64,000 nucleotides of DNA from Octopus sinensis (GCF_006345805.1 NC_043001.1:114700001-114764000), one strand, 5' to 3'. Counted from the stretch's first letter, positions 40,215 to 53,214 are shown. Translations and numbers: made by a program. Notes: generated by a model from the letters alone, not told the origin.

Positions 40215-42694
40215 TTTATTGAAAATACCATGAATACTGCCTCCAACTTTGAAGCCACATCTATCAGCCCTGTTAAATAGAGTGATCGATCTCCGGAGGA
40301 ATTAACTGAGGGAGATTTTTTATTCAAGATCGTAGCCGTTTTCGACTGAAACTTGAATTTGCCATGCAGAACGTTTCTATAAACAATATAACTGAACACA
40401 TTAGCAACAAAACCGGAGAGCTGAAAGAAAACAACAGCTCAACAAGTAAACAGATTCATTCTAACTGTAGTTACAGAGGAAACCATAACTGCAAAACGCA
40501 TTTTCTTGGAGTTATGATTAGAGTGTCGATTTATTTGGCTGTTACAAAAAAAAACCCAATTGTTTGTATATATGAATGGATTGAAATCGTATTGGGATGA
40601 TCTGCAGCCAGAGCTAAATCACTTTACTGCGAAACAATTATGCCAACAAGCAGCATTTGTGGATCAAAGGGAGAAAGTTAGTGAATGTATCTTTATCAAA
40701 GAAATTATCTGAAATTAATTTTGTCCCAAAGAATATAAATGAAAACGGGAACGAAGTTAGAACACAACCTAATTTTCCAGTTATCGTCACTCCAACAGAT
40801 AGTATACTGCGTGTCAGCCAAAATGCATTTACAGGCTAAAATAACTGACCATTGTCCTTCTACTACTATTATGATAAATAGCAGGCACAACCGTAAATAA
40901 TATTGTAGCAATAGTAGTAGTCAAAGTTATATAACAGTGAAATATGCCCTTACTAAAATTTTTCTAGAAAAATAACTTTAGCTTTGACGTACTCTCTCTT
41001 CGAGAGAGTATTCTCTGCAAAAGTAAACAAAGGTCTGCCAGGCACGATATTGAAAGTTGTTAATGAAATTGGAGAGGAGTATTTAAAGCAGCATCACGAA
41101 GCCTCATTCTGGCAGATTAACGCCTGTCTATATGCCCTGTCTACTACTGCAAAGGAGTACATAAACGACACTTAAAAAGTAAGCAAAAACAGAAACAACG
41201 AAAAGTGTATCATCGTGAGTTTTGAAGACAGAGAAAAAGATGGCTGATTTACAGAAGACGATCAGCTGTGTAACGATGCTTTTGCTTGCAAACAAGCAGG
41301 TGACTGACCAACAAAAAGAGGAAAGAAGAAGATAGAAGTGGTGTTTGGAGATGACAAACGAGAACAAACGCTTGCAAACTGATCACCGCCAAGCAGGAGC
41401 TGACAGCTGTCAGTGAGAAACTTCGACGTCAGAAGAGGATACTCGAATGAAAAACAATAAGCGAAAAAATTAAGAGCGTACAGAGACATGGGAAGAGAAA
41501 CAATGAACATCACAGAAGCTCCTTCACGAGCAGACATTCTGCAGGAAACTTTAGAGCGATGAGAGGGAATTTAACCAAGATGATATATGGCTGGATGAAA
41601 CTCGAAGAATTTATTTTACATGCGTTACACACAAAGCATACAGCATTGATGGTAATACCCTCGTGACTGTAATTCAGGAACTTCAGGATGGAAAGCCACC
41701 CGAAAGAGACGTGATTGTTGGATACTGGTACTAGAAACTAACCAGCAAGATCTAAATGGGAACACTGGTTAGCTCTGGCAAAGACAAAACTCATTGCCAT
41801 TTATATCTACAGAAGATCATTCATGGACATGTCAGTAGAAAGCTCCGGGATGATAGTAACATTCATCAGCAAATCAGTCTATCATGGACCAACGACAGGA
41901 TTACTAAATCCCACTTTGAAAGGTAAGCGTATGCAATCCAGCAATAGGAAATATGAACCAAATACCTGATGCACAAAAAGGGACACAGACGCAGGAATAG
42001 CAGCAAACTATGATAACTGATGCAGACTTTGTGGAGTTAACACCGAAGATATCACCCACATCATAAGCATTTGTCCGAAAACATCATCACGATATTATCT
42101 ACCGACGAGTCATGATGTTAATACTAGGACATGTATAATGAGATCTGTCGGAAGGATAACCCCGAGGGCAACGAAATGATAACCCCACAGTAGGGTGGAC
42201 ATCATACTCACACATAATAAAAAGGAGTACTGGTGGAATGTCCCAATGAAAACCTCAATAAAATATTAGCATAATAGACCTGACATAATGGTTTGAGATA
42301 AAGAAGTGAAACTGTATACGGTTGTGGAAAGCAGCTGCCCAGTCGATGGAAGCATAAAGCGAACGATCAACTAAAAAGAAAATACCTACGCAGAACTATT
42401 TGAGAAACCTGAAGTTACTCTATCCCAGGTAACAAGTTCAGGTTCATACCTGTAAGTATTGGAGCACTGGGATATAAAAATACCGCCTAAGTACACATCT
42501 TGAGAAATTAGGCTTCTGAAAACCAGAAAGGAAAAAGCTGATGCGAAGTCTACAGATCCAAGCAATCACTAGAACAGTAAAAATCTGTAAAACTTCTCGG
42601 GAGTTCATCGTTTAACCATTCATGAACATGCCTAGACACGCACCTATATGCATAAGAAAACATGCATAAATCAAAACATAGAAATTTCCATTTA
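40215..42694 (+). mobile_element. Heavily decayed, internally deleted RLE-type LINE (third family) between (CATA)n tracts
   Basis: Remnants YMNGLKSYWDDLQPELNHFTAKQL, FWQINACLYA, GK.P.RDVIVGYW, EDITHIISICP..SSRYYL, WWNVP...HNRPDIMV, NTYAELLRNL, FIPVSIGALG, KICKT; 3' UTR runs into (TACA)n at 42695. Confidence 0.75.
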
Positions 42695-42750
42695 TACATA
42701 CATACATACATACATACATACATACATACATACATACATACATACATACA

Positions 42751-42933
42751 GACGTAGGAGTGGCTATGTGGTAAGTAGCTTGTTTACCAACCACATGGTT
42801 CCGGGTTCAGTCTCACTGCGTGGCACCTTGGGCAAGTGTCTTCTACTATAGCCTCGGGCCGACCAAAGCCTTGTGAGTGGATTTGGTAGACGGAAACTGG
42901 AAGAAGCCGATCGTATACATGCATATATATATA

Positions 42934-42983
<50 letters not shown>

Positions 42984-43210
42984 GTGTTTGTATTTGTGTG
43001 TCTGTGTTTGTCCCCCTAGCATTGCTTGACAACCGATGCTGGTGTGTTTATGTCCCCGTTACTTAGCGGTTCGGCAAAAGCGACCGATAGAATAAGTACT
43101 GGGCTTACAAAAAAATAAGTCCCGGGGTCGAATTGCTCGATTAAAGGCGGTGCTCCAGCATGGCCGCAGTCAAGTGACCGAAACAAGTAAAAGAGTAAAA
43201 GAGTAAAGAG
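42751..43210 (+). mobile_element. SINE family A with expanded internal (TA)n
   Basis: Matches the 13013 copy along its full length. Confidence 0.9.
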
Positions 43211-43211
43211 T

Positions 43212-43242
<31 letters not shown>

Positions 43243-45229
43243 CATACATACATACATACATACATACATACATACATACATACATACATACATACGTGTG
43301 TACATACAGATACACTCCTATAGTTTAGTATGTATTTTTCTTGAATAAGCAACTATGTTACTAGTGAATGGGTAATTATAATATCGCTTTGAAAAATAGT
43401 TAAATAAAAGAACATAGAATTTAATTGGAGACTTAACTAAATATTGCATGATATTATATGAAAATATTTTCGTGACGTTGTCAGCATTACTCGTAGTTAT
43501 TTGTATTATAAAATCCTACGTTTAGTTTCTAGCTTTTGGTACTAAAATTGAAGGTAGATCACTTTCTCTGAATAGATTTATCCGTGAAGCATACAGATTT
43601 CATGTATTCTCACTTGGTCATCATACCTCGCTGCCGATGACAACGCTGTACATATATAATACAAGCATGAACGTTTATATATATATATAAAGTTTATATG
43701 CTTATACTCTCAAGGTCCATTGGTTCAGATTCATATCCAGAAACGATACATAAAATATATATTTATTTTAATATTTATGCCTTGCTTATTTTCATTTGTG
43801 AATTCCGTAATATATCATATATTATCATTATCATTGCTCGAGCAATTCCCAAATTTCTGCTAAAATAATTTTTCTGAATATATCTTTGGAATATTTGTTT
43901 CCATTACGTGCGTGTGGTGTATGACCTGGCGTGTTTGTGTGTGCGTGCGTATACGTTTGTGTAGATTTTTTTGTGTTCTCCAGTCGACTAGCACTATCTC
44001 AGAGTGCAACATACACTGCATATATAAACCAATAAGGCAGGCATACTATGCAGATAACCTTTAATAACAGAGAATTATTAGGGCTACTATGGTGTATGCA
44101 CGATAAAATTAAATTGTTCAGCGTGATCGTGCTCACAACAGAATTACCTAGAATTTTCTTGTTACTGGATGCAGACAATGCGCAGATCGTTTCCTTGCTA
44201 GAATCAGTAGCCAAATTTTTGTAAAATTCATATGTTGGTTTCAATTTGTTTTTCCAACTCAGTCTAAGTAAGGTTCTATCATAGTTTCAAAATCTATTGA
44301 AATACAAATGGATTAGGAAACGACTGAGATGTATTTGACAATAAATTTGGTCGAATAGTCTTTAGAGTTAAATATTAGCAACACAACCACAGTGGATTTC
44401 TCGTTTTAAGCGCAAATGTATTCAATAAAATATCGGTGGTCACAAATACATTTACATATACAACACTTTGTCCAGAAAGTGGTGTACAATTTATGGACTG
44501 TAACATAATACACCTTTGTCAATGTTATTAGTTTACGCTACCCTACTATCAATAAGACAACTTATGTATACGATTTACATATAGAGCCGAGAAAATTATG
44601 AAGGTATGTAGTTGTTCTCTCGTTGCTAAATGCAAATGGTTATACACATTCAAGTACGCACGCACCCTTGCACGCTCACACCCACACACACACAAAAGCA
44701 TATGCATACATATATACATGCATATATAGGTATATATACACATGTAAACATTTATACACATACAGATTACAAGTTCAGTTTTATACTTTTGGGGGCCATG
44801 TGATATGTAACACTGCTAAATGCCAAGAACTACCTCGGAAACAGTGATATAGACAGTGTCAGTCTAAGAAAAGATCGACCTTGAGTCTAAGAACAGTGTA
44901 GACAGACTTTGGATATCGTATATTCTCTCTCGGACAGCACCACCAAAAACGAATGTGTAGATCTGGTGCTGAAAAGCGAAGAGAACAACATATTATGTGT
45001 CAACATTGAGCCCTGATGACTTTCTATAAACCTTAAAACAGTTGTGCTAACATAACTCAAAGAAGGCTTTGGTACAAAACGCTCAGCATACCATGAAATG
45101 ACTATGAATGGTTATATTTTCCGAATAATTGAAGATGGCAGTAACATCGACATGTGGTATAGCTTCTATTGAATTCTTGACTGATACAAAGCATTACACT
45201 TCGAACAGTATCCATTTGTATTCGAAGCT

Positions 45230-45340
45230 CATGAGTTAGCTACGAAATAGCTTATACCTTATAAACAAAAGGGACAATGAAGCACGTGGACCCTCAAAAT
45301 GTAACTGTAAATATAGATTATAACATATTTCTCTGAAAAA
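45230..45340 (+). mobile_element. Possible L1/Tx1-type RT remnant
   Basis: CGTGGACCCTCAAAATGTAACTGTAAATATAGATTA resembles a WRP.T..NCDYKI motif across frameshifts; weak. Confidence 0.25.
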
Positions 45341-45609
45341 CATGTTGCCAAAAAAGGTCATCAAAGCGAACCTTCCACTGCACCACGACGTTATCGTTAA
45401 AACAAGTATACAATACTATTCGGAAAAAGACGACTCTACTGGGATAGATTTGAAGAATACCCCTATTATTGAATACATACACAAACATCAACTCAAGCAA
45501 TATCGGTGGAACTTTCCGCCGAAGCTTCTGTCAAGTGCATAGATAAAAGACCGGAAATTGTTGTTTAGAATACACAAAAAAATGTATGCATCATTACGCA
45601 CATTTGTAA

Positions 45610-45642
<33 letters not shown>

Positions 45643-45644
<2 letters not shown>

Positions 45645-46015
45645 TCTCTCTATAAAAACGGCAGTTTGTCTGTGCGTGTTTCTGTGTGTCTGTTTGCTTG
45701 TACCCTCACCCTGACCACGGCTTTCAACCGATTCTGATGAAACTTGACACACTCATAGCCCAATGTCATAATTCAAAACTAACGCAGCGAAAATTTTGAA
45801 AAGTTCCCCCAGTTCTGAAAAAAATCGATAAATTCGACATGGGGTCGAGAATCAGAAACACAAACCGCAAACTGTCTAGGGGACGCAACTCCACCTTTTT
45901 TTACTCTCAAAAAAAAGTTACCATCATTTTTTTTCCATTTTTTGGCTATAACTCTCTAAAAATGCTTTATAGTTATTTCCCTTACAAACCTGAGCAACGC
46001 CGGGCGATACTGCTA

Positions 46016-46016
<1 letters not shown>
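45643..46016 (+). mobile_element. Non-autonomous Helitron (DINE-1/Lep1-like)
   Basis: A|TC start at 45643, internal GTCT/GTTT microsatellite, TTCAACCGATTCTGATGAAACTTGACAC block, 3' hairpin CCTG-AGCAACGC-CGGG and CTAG|T end at 46016; no TSD. Confidence 0.82.
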
Positions 46017-46058
<42 letters not shown>

Positions 46059-46592
46059 AGGGCATAAATAAACTTGGTGAAAAACGAAAAGAATAACATC
46101 CTACGTTCGGCAATGACATCCCTAGGAAGCACTCTTTTACTGATGAACTTCCATAAAGCCCCAAACCAGTTGTACCATAAAACCTCAAAGTAAACTAAAT
46201 ATGAAACTCTTGGTACTGAGATTTATGGATTGAATGTATTGTTAAAAATTCTTCATTATATACATATTGTGTACATGTGTGTATGTGTGTGTATGTGCTT
46301 TGGCATGTTTGTAAGTGTGCACCATATTCGATGGAATAGAAGCAGTATGGTTTTCAACAAAAGAAAAAAGAACTCACAAAAGAAAAAAACCTAACTCGTA
46401 CATGCAAACTTGGACTGCACATAATTTTTCTTGCACTGAAAAATTTTGCTGCATATGCTTTACTGAAATTGTGATACGTCTATTATGCTATTGGTTATTT
46501 TAGGCCATTTAATATGGTATCTGTCACAGCATGTACAACCATGTGTACATGTATGCATATATATATATATATATATAATATATATATATATA

Positions 46593-46722
46593 CAGGGTGT
46601 CCCCAAAAAATGTACACAGACCCTAAATAATTGTAAATTTGTTATTCTTTGTAATCCTAGTACTTATTCTATCGTTCTCTTTTGCCGAACTTCTATGTGT
46701 ATACATTTTTTGGGACACCCTG
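46593..46722. mobile_element. 130-bp Tc1/mariner MITE
   Basis: TIRs CAGGGTGTCCCCAAAAAATGTACACA / TGTGTATACATTTTTTGGGACACCCTG; TA on both sides, within (TA)n. Confidence 0.88.
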
Positions 46723-46763
46723 TATATATATATATATATATATGTATCTATATATATATATAC

Positions 46764-46822
<59 letters not shown>

Positions 46823-47091
46823 ATATAATAAAGTGGGATTGTAGGGTACCGCACGAGTGGAATTATATACGAAAGAAAGTTTGAAAATGCAATTTTAAAA
46901 TATGTTTATTTACATTATAGGTTTCAATCTTTGGAAAAAGATTGTCAAAAGTAACATGTAAAAGTTTGGTGGTGGAATTATTGGTTGTTACAAAATGCTA
47001 CAATACATATATAGTCTTTGGTAACAAGAACATGTTAAGGACATTAAAAAGTTGAACTTGTTCTTAACATGTCCCTGTTAAGTTTCAAACA

Positions 47092-47930
47092 AAATTTCCA
47101 GGAAGTTGGGAAATCCCAAGAACTTTCAATGAAATCCTCGGAAATTCCCAGGAAGTTTCCGACCATTTTCCCAGGAATTTGGGGGATTCATCGGAACTTT
47201 CGAGGAAGTCTCCAACCGATTTTCCAGGAAGTTAGCGGAATCTCCGGAACTTTGTATCAAAACCCCGGAACTTTCCATGAAGACTGGGATCTATTTTCCA
47301 GGAAGTTGGGGGAATCCCCGGAATTTCCCATGAAATCGTAGGAACTTTCCTGAAAGTTTCCAACCAACTTACCTGGGAGTTGGGGAATCCTGGAACTTTC
47401 CAGCAAGCTCCTACCAATTTACCAGGAAGTTGGGAGAATCCCCGGAACTCCCCATGATACATCGGAACTTTCAGGAAAGTTTCGGACCAATTTTCCAGGA
47501 AGTTGGGGGAACCCCCGGAAATTTCAATGAGATCTTCGGAACTTTCCAGGAAGTTGCTACCAATTTACCAGGAATTTGGGGGCATTCCCCGGAACTCTCT
47601 ATGAATTCCTCGGAACTTTCCAGGAAGTTTCCGCCAATTTTCCAAGACTTTTGGAGGATCCTCGACACTTTCCATGAAATCCTCGGATCTTTCCAGGAAG
47701 TTCCCGACCAATTTTCCAGGAAGTTAAGGGATACCCGGAACTTCCCATGAAATCCTAAGAACTTTCCAGGACGTTTCCGACAAATTTTCCAGGAAGTTGG
47801 GGGACCCCCGGAACTTCCCATGAAATCCTAGGAACTTTCCATGAAATTTCCTCCAATTTTCCAAGACTTTATGAGGATCCCCGGTACTTTCCATGAAATC
47901 CTCGGAACTTTCCAGGAATTTTCCGACCGA
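47092..47930. repeat. Minisatellite, about 73-bp unit, about 11-12 copies
   Basis: TTTCCAGGAAGTTGGGGG-type anchor recurs at about 72-75 bp spacing (two shorter units of about 50 bp); built from GGAACTTTCCA(T/G)GAA subrepeats. Confidence 0.9.
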
Positions 47931-48070
47931 TGAAAACAACAGCAGTCCATGAACAAGCGAGGATTTTGTTATTGTCGCATTGGTTAATCCTGAAAATAAC
48001 GGCAATGAGTATAATAAAAATAACGACAACGATAGTGATGATGGTAAAGATGATTATTATTATTATTATT

Positions 48071-48624
48071 GAGTGAGAGAGCAGTTCATGCCATCAAAGT
48101 GACACTGGGGTAAAATATACGAAGCCCAATATACCCATCATGACTACCCGTCTGATAAAGGTACACCAGGCACATGCATCACAACCATATGTGCGCGACA
48201 TGGTGATCTCATATCAAGATAAACAGCACATGACCTTGCAGGTGGGGCCCAGTTAGAATTTTCTTCAGGTTGAGTAGCCCATCCTGCTCAAAAGGTCCCT
48301 GAATAAGGGTTGCTTTAGGATGTTGAACGAAACACCTATGTTTCCAGAGGTGAATTATTCAAACCCCAAAGAATCCCTCTCAACACATGGCCATGATGCT
48401 CTCCCACTACTTCTGTTCGTGATCAGAGATGCACATATCGTCAACCACTAAGGGACATGCTCAACTGGTTATGGTCAAACAACTGACAAGCAAATCTGTG
48501 GTATTGAGCAGAATATTTGCTGTAGCCCATCTTTTATACCAAGACAAAACAATGTACATGATAACACTTCCAATCAGTTAAGATCAGAAGCCATGAGAGC
48601 CACTGCCTGGTACTGCATCAGGGC
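48071..48624 (-). mobile_element. Family D about 550-bp non-coding repeat, full length, in (ATT)n
   Basis: Near-identical to 7948-8480. Confidence 0.9.
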
Positions 48625-48635
48625 TTATTATTATG

Positions 48636-49155
48636 AAAGCAGCGAGCTCGCAGAATCGTTAGCGCGCTGGAGGAAATATTTAGCGGTATTTCGCCCGTCG
48701 CTATGTTCTGAGTTCAAGTTCTGCCGAGGTCGACTTTGCTTTTCATCCTTTCGGGTCGATAAATTAAGTACCAGTTGACTTGTGCGGTCGATTTGATCGA
48801 CTTACCCCCTTCGCGCCCAATTTCAGGCCTTGTGCCTTTAGTAGGAAAACATTATTATTATTATTCTATTTGACTTTTGCTTTACATTTGCACAAGCTGG
48901 CTCCAAGTCTCACCCAGAGACCTCAAGAGACAACAAGTTGGAAGTTTATTATTATTATTATTAATATTATTATTATTATTATTATGGCGGCACGCTAGCA
49001 GAATCGTCAGAACTCTGAACAAAATACTTAGCGGCATTTTGTCCGTCTTCATGTTCTGAGTTCAAATTCTGCCTTTCGGGGTCGATGAAATATGTACCAG
49101 TGAAACACTGGAGTCGATATAATCGACTAGTCTCAACCCTCAAAATTTGAAGCCC
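48636..49155 (+). mobile_element. Two SINE family B copies (48636-48850 and 48986-49155)
   Basis: GCAGAATCGTTAG head, GAGTTCAA B-box, GTCGAT..AAGTACCAG body. Confidence 0.8.
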
Positions 49156-49169
49156 TTATTATTTTTATT

Positions 49170-49402
49170 TATTGTCTTTACACAGTTTCTAACGCTGGAG
49201 ATGTACTATGGTGTCAGCTGTTCACTACCAGTAAATTAAGGTAACACACCTTATTTTACGAGTACCATCCGGAGTATTCGAGCGGTTCCAAGCAGTGCTG
49301 TTTTCTGCAAGTGCTCCACCCTTATTGCAGCCCCTATTTGTTCCATATACTTCTCAAGATTTGCGCTCATTGTTCCTAGGGCTCCGATATTTATTGGCAT
49401 GT
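49170..49402 (-). mobile_element. Short 3' fragment of an RLE-type LINE
   Basis: MPINIGALGTMSANLEKYMEQIGAAIRVEHLQKTALLGTARILRMVL. Confidence 0.85.
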
Positions 49403-51877
49403 AAATTTATCGATCTTGTTTGGTGAACTGCAAAGTTATTTTAGCGATTTTCTTTGGCGAACCGATAAATTATTTATCGAACACGATTGGGGAACCGCTA
49501 ATGTTATTTTATCGATCACATTTGCCGAACCGCTAATTTATATCGCTTTTCTGTGGGAAACTTCTAAGTTATTTTATCGAGGACGTTCCGCGAACCGCTC
49601 GTTCATTTTATCGACCACTTATGGAGAACCGCTAAGTTTCTTTATCGACCTCCTTTGGCGAACCGCTATGTTATTTTATCGAAATTCTTTGGCGAACCGC
49701 TAAGTTATTTTATCGATTTCCTTTGACCAACTGCTAATTTATTTTATCGATGGTATTTAGCGAAACGCTATTTTATTTTATCGAAATCTTTTGGCGAATC
49801 GCTTAGTTATTTTATCGTTCTCCCTTGGTGATCACCTAAATTATTTTATCGATCCCTTTGGCGGACTACTACGTTTTTTCATCGATCGCCTTTGGCGAAC
49901 CGCTAGGTTATTTTATTGAACAAGTTTGGGGAACCGCTAAGTTATTTTATCGATCTTCTTTCGCAAACCACAAAGTTATTTTCTATCTATTTCCTTTGGA
50001 GAACCACTAGGTTATTTTATCGATCACGATTGGCGAAACGCTAAGTTATTTCATCAGTCCCCTATGGCGAACCGCTAATTTATTTATCGAAAACGTTTGG
50101 CGAACTGCTAGATTATTCTATCGATTCCCTTTGGCAAACCGCTAATTATTTATCGAACACGTTTGGCGAACCGCTAGTTTATTCTATCGATTTCCTTTGG
50201 CGATCCGCTAAGTTGTCATATCGAACACGTTCGGTGAACCGCCAAGTTATTTTATCGATCTCCTTTGACGAACCGCTAAATTATCTTATGGACCTCGTTT
50301 GGCGATTCTCTAAGTTATTTCGATTCTCTTGGAAAACGCTAAGTCATTTTATGGCTCTCCTATTGCGAACCGCGAAATTATTTTATCGATCGCCTCTGGC
50401 GAAACGCTTATTATTCTATCGAATCTCTTTGGCGAACCGCTAATTTATTTATCGAATACGTTTGGCGAACCGCTAGTTTATTCTCTCGATTTCCATTGGC
50501 GATCCGCTAAGTTGTCATATCGAACACGTTCGGTGAACCGCCAAGTTATTTTATCGATCTCCTTTGACGAACCGCTAATTTCTCTAAGTTTTTCGATTCT
50601 CTTGGGAAAACGCTAAGTCATTTTATGTCTCTCCTATTGCGAACCGCGAAATTATTTTATCGATCGCCTTTGGCGAAACGCTTATTATTCTATCGAATAC
50701 GTTTGGCAAACCGCTAAGTTATTTTCTCGATCTAATTTTCGAACTGCTAGGTTATTTTATCGTACATGTTTGGGGAACTGCTAAGTTTTTTTATCGATCT
50801 CCTTCGGGGAACCGCTATGTTATTTTATCGTTCTCCTTCGGCGATCCGCTACGTTATTTTATCGATCTTCTTTGGCGAACTACTATGTTATTTAATCGAG
50901 CTACTTTAGAAAACCGCTAATGTATTTTATCGATTTGCTTTGTCGAACCACTTATCGAACATGTTTGGGGAACCGCTAAGTTATCGATCTCCTTTAGCGA
51001 AACGCTAAGTTATTTTATCGATTCCCTTTCGCGTTCCGCTAAGTTATTTTATCGATCTCCTTTGACGAACGGCTAAGTCATTTTATCGATCTCCTTTGGC
51101 GAACCGCTAAGTTTTTTTATCGAACCCCTTCGGTGAACTGCTACATTATTTTATCGAACTTCTTTGGCGTACTGTTCGGTTATTTTATCGTGCTCTTTTA
51201 CCAAACCGCTAAGTTATGTTATCGATCGTCTTTGGTGAAACGCAACGTTATTTTATCGGACACGATTGGCGAACTGCTAGGTCATTTTATCGGTGTCCGT
51301 TGGTGAACCGCTATGTTACATTATCGATCTACTTTGGTGAACCGCTAAGTTATTTTATCGATTTGCTTGGGCGAACCCCTAAGTTATTTTATCGATTACG
51401 ATTGGCGAACCGCTAAGTTATTTTGTCGGTCTTCTTTGTCGAACCGCTAGATTATTTTATCGAGAACGTTCAGCGAACCCCTAAGTTATTTAATCGATGT
51501 ACTTTGCCGAACCTCTAAGTTACTTTATCGAACTTCTTGGGGGAACTGCCAAGTTATCTTATCGATAACGTTCGGCGAATCCCTCGTTTATTTTATCGAA
51601 CACGTTCGCAAACCGCTAGCTTATTTTATCGATCTTCTTTGGCGAACCGCCATGTTATTGTATCGATCATGTTCGGTGAACCGCTATGTTATTTCATCGA
51701 TTACGTTTGGCGAACCGCCGAGTTATTTTGATCTCCTTTGGCGAACCGCTATTTTATTTAATCGATCTCCTTTGACTTACACTAAACTATTTAATCGATC
51801 TCCTTTGGCGGACCGCTAAATTATTTTATCGATTTCTTTTGGCGAACCGCTGTTATTTTATCGATCTCCTTTGGTGA
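49403..51877. repeat. Minisatellite, 34-bp unit, about 70 copies
   Basis: Consensus GAACCGCTAAGTTATTTTATCGATCTCCTTTGGC; anchors at 51007, 51041 and 51075 are 34 bp apart. Confidence 0.95.
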
Positions 51878-52870
51878 TCTTTCAATTTATGATGGAATAT
51901 AGCCAGCAACAACTTCCCTTCCTCGACATTCTCATAAAGAAATCTAACAACGTAAAAGAAACAGATATATACTATAAGCCTACGGACTCCAACCAATATC
52001 TGTCGTTCAACTCATGCCACACCAGACACACCAGAATGAATATCCCCTTCAACCTAGCAAAAAGAATATGTACTATAGTTTCTAATGCAAACACCAGAGA
52101 CACACGACTACATGAACTAAAGGATACACTCATCACCAGGAACTACCCACCTTCATTAATTGACATATGCTTTCAACGGCATCTTCAACTCAAAATCCAG
52201 GAACTCAAACATCCCAAATTAAAGAAAGATTTACAACCAAATGCCCTACCATACATCTCCACACACAACCCTTTCAAAAATGAAGTCTTCGACACCATCC
52301 TTCAAAGCGTACCCCTGCTAAAAAAGGACCACAGAATGAACTTAATCCTCCAAACATACACCATCATAGAAAGCAAGAGACAGCCCAAATCTATGAAAAA
52401 TCTCCTAACACAAGCCCCAATACGCACAACACAGAGTTCTCCTACAAACAGGGACAACGTTTCACAGGGAAAAGCAACTTCACATGGGCTTCGGGGAACC
52501 TGCTCTGCGTGTCAAGAACAATACATAGGCCAAACAAAAAACAGTCTACGTAAAAGAATGGCTCTGCACAGATACCAGATCAAAATTCCCCAAAATAGAA
52601 AAATAGCTTTCAGCCAACACATAGACATTTGAGCCAATAACAAAAATCCAAGCTTCAGCATTTTCCCCCTCTATCAATTCAGGGATGATACAATACAACT
52701 TGGGACCAACGAATCAGCAAAGAGACTCTCTTTATTACAAAATTCAGACCCGTTTTGAATGCGACTACAACAAACGACATATCCACCATGGCCTTAAAAT
52801 AACACAAATACACAGGCAAATATTAAAAATGATACACTCAAGAGATTCCAAAGAATTCATTAAAAAATAG
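51878..52870 (+). mobile_element. 5'-truncated Penelope-like element: RT C-terminus plus GIY-YIG endonuclease
   Basis: ORF 51871..52632: LPFLDILI...TDIYYKPTDSNQYL.F.SCH...KRICTI (PLE RT thumb), then CSACQEQYIGQTKNSLRKRM.LHR (YIGQT at 52522-36); stop at 52630-32 and decay afterwards. Confidence 0.93.
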
Positions 52871-53214
52871 TCCCAATCACTGCTATAATCCCTAATGAGC
52901 CAATTTGAAGTCACTTAACTATTTAACACGTTACTACTTTCATACTACCTACAGTCCTTCGTATTCTCCCTTCTCTTTTTTTCTTCTCCTTCTTATTCTT
53001 TGTCTTCTTCCTTCTCCTCCCTAACTTTACCACTATTGCTGTTTAGAATAACAGCTACGCAAATTTTATAAACAAAACATTCAAAAGAGATGTTTTAGGA
53101 ATTCAACAATTACTACTACCATCCACAGCGGGTCTCTTGACCACTCTCCTACCATCTACAGCTGACAGTTGATAACTTAACATACTACTGTCATGACACT
53201 CCCACATCCTGTCT

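Noticed and set aside
38353-40233. 626, 564 and 530 aa ORFs (HTYI repeats), and similar ORFs at 10616-11331, 23833-24229 and 37101-37604
   Set aside because: Translations of stop-free (CATA)n/(TA)n microsatellites; no protein-like composition.
46140-46215. CTGATGA...GAAAC-TCTTG-GTA
   Set aside because: Neither stem I nor stem II pairs.
47069-48029. Overlapping 76-116 aa ORFs on both strands (and ORFs at 49416-51731)
   Set aside because: Open only because the minisatellite units lack stops; repetitive peptides with no domain.
49403-51877. CRISPR-like array (34-bp periodicity, partial palindromes)
   Set aside because: Head-to-tail degenerate units with no unique spacers, no cas genes, eukaryotic context.
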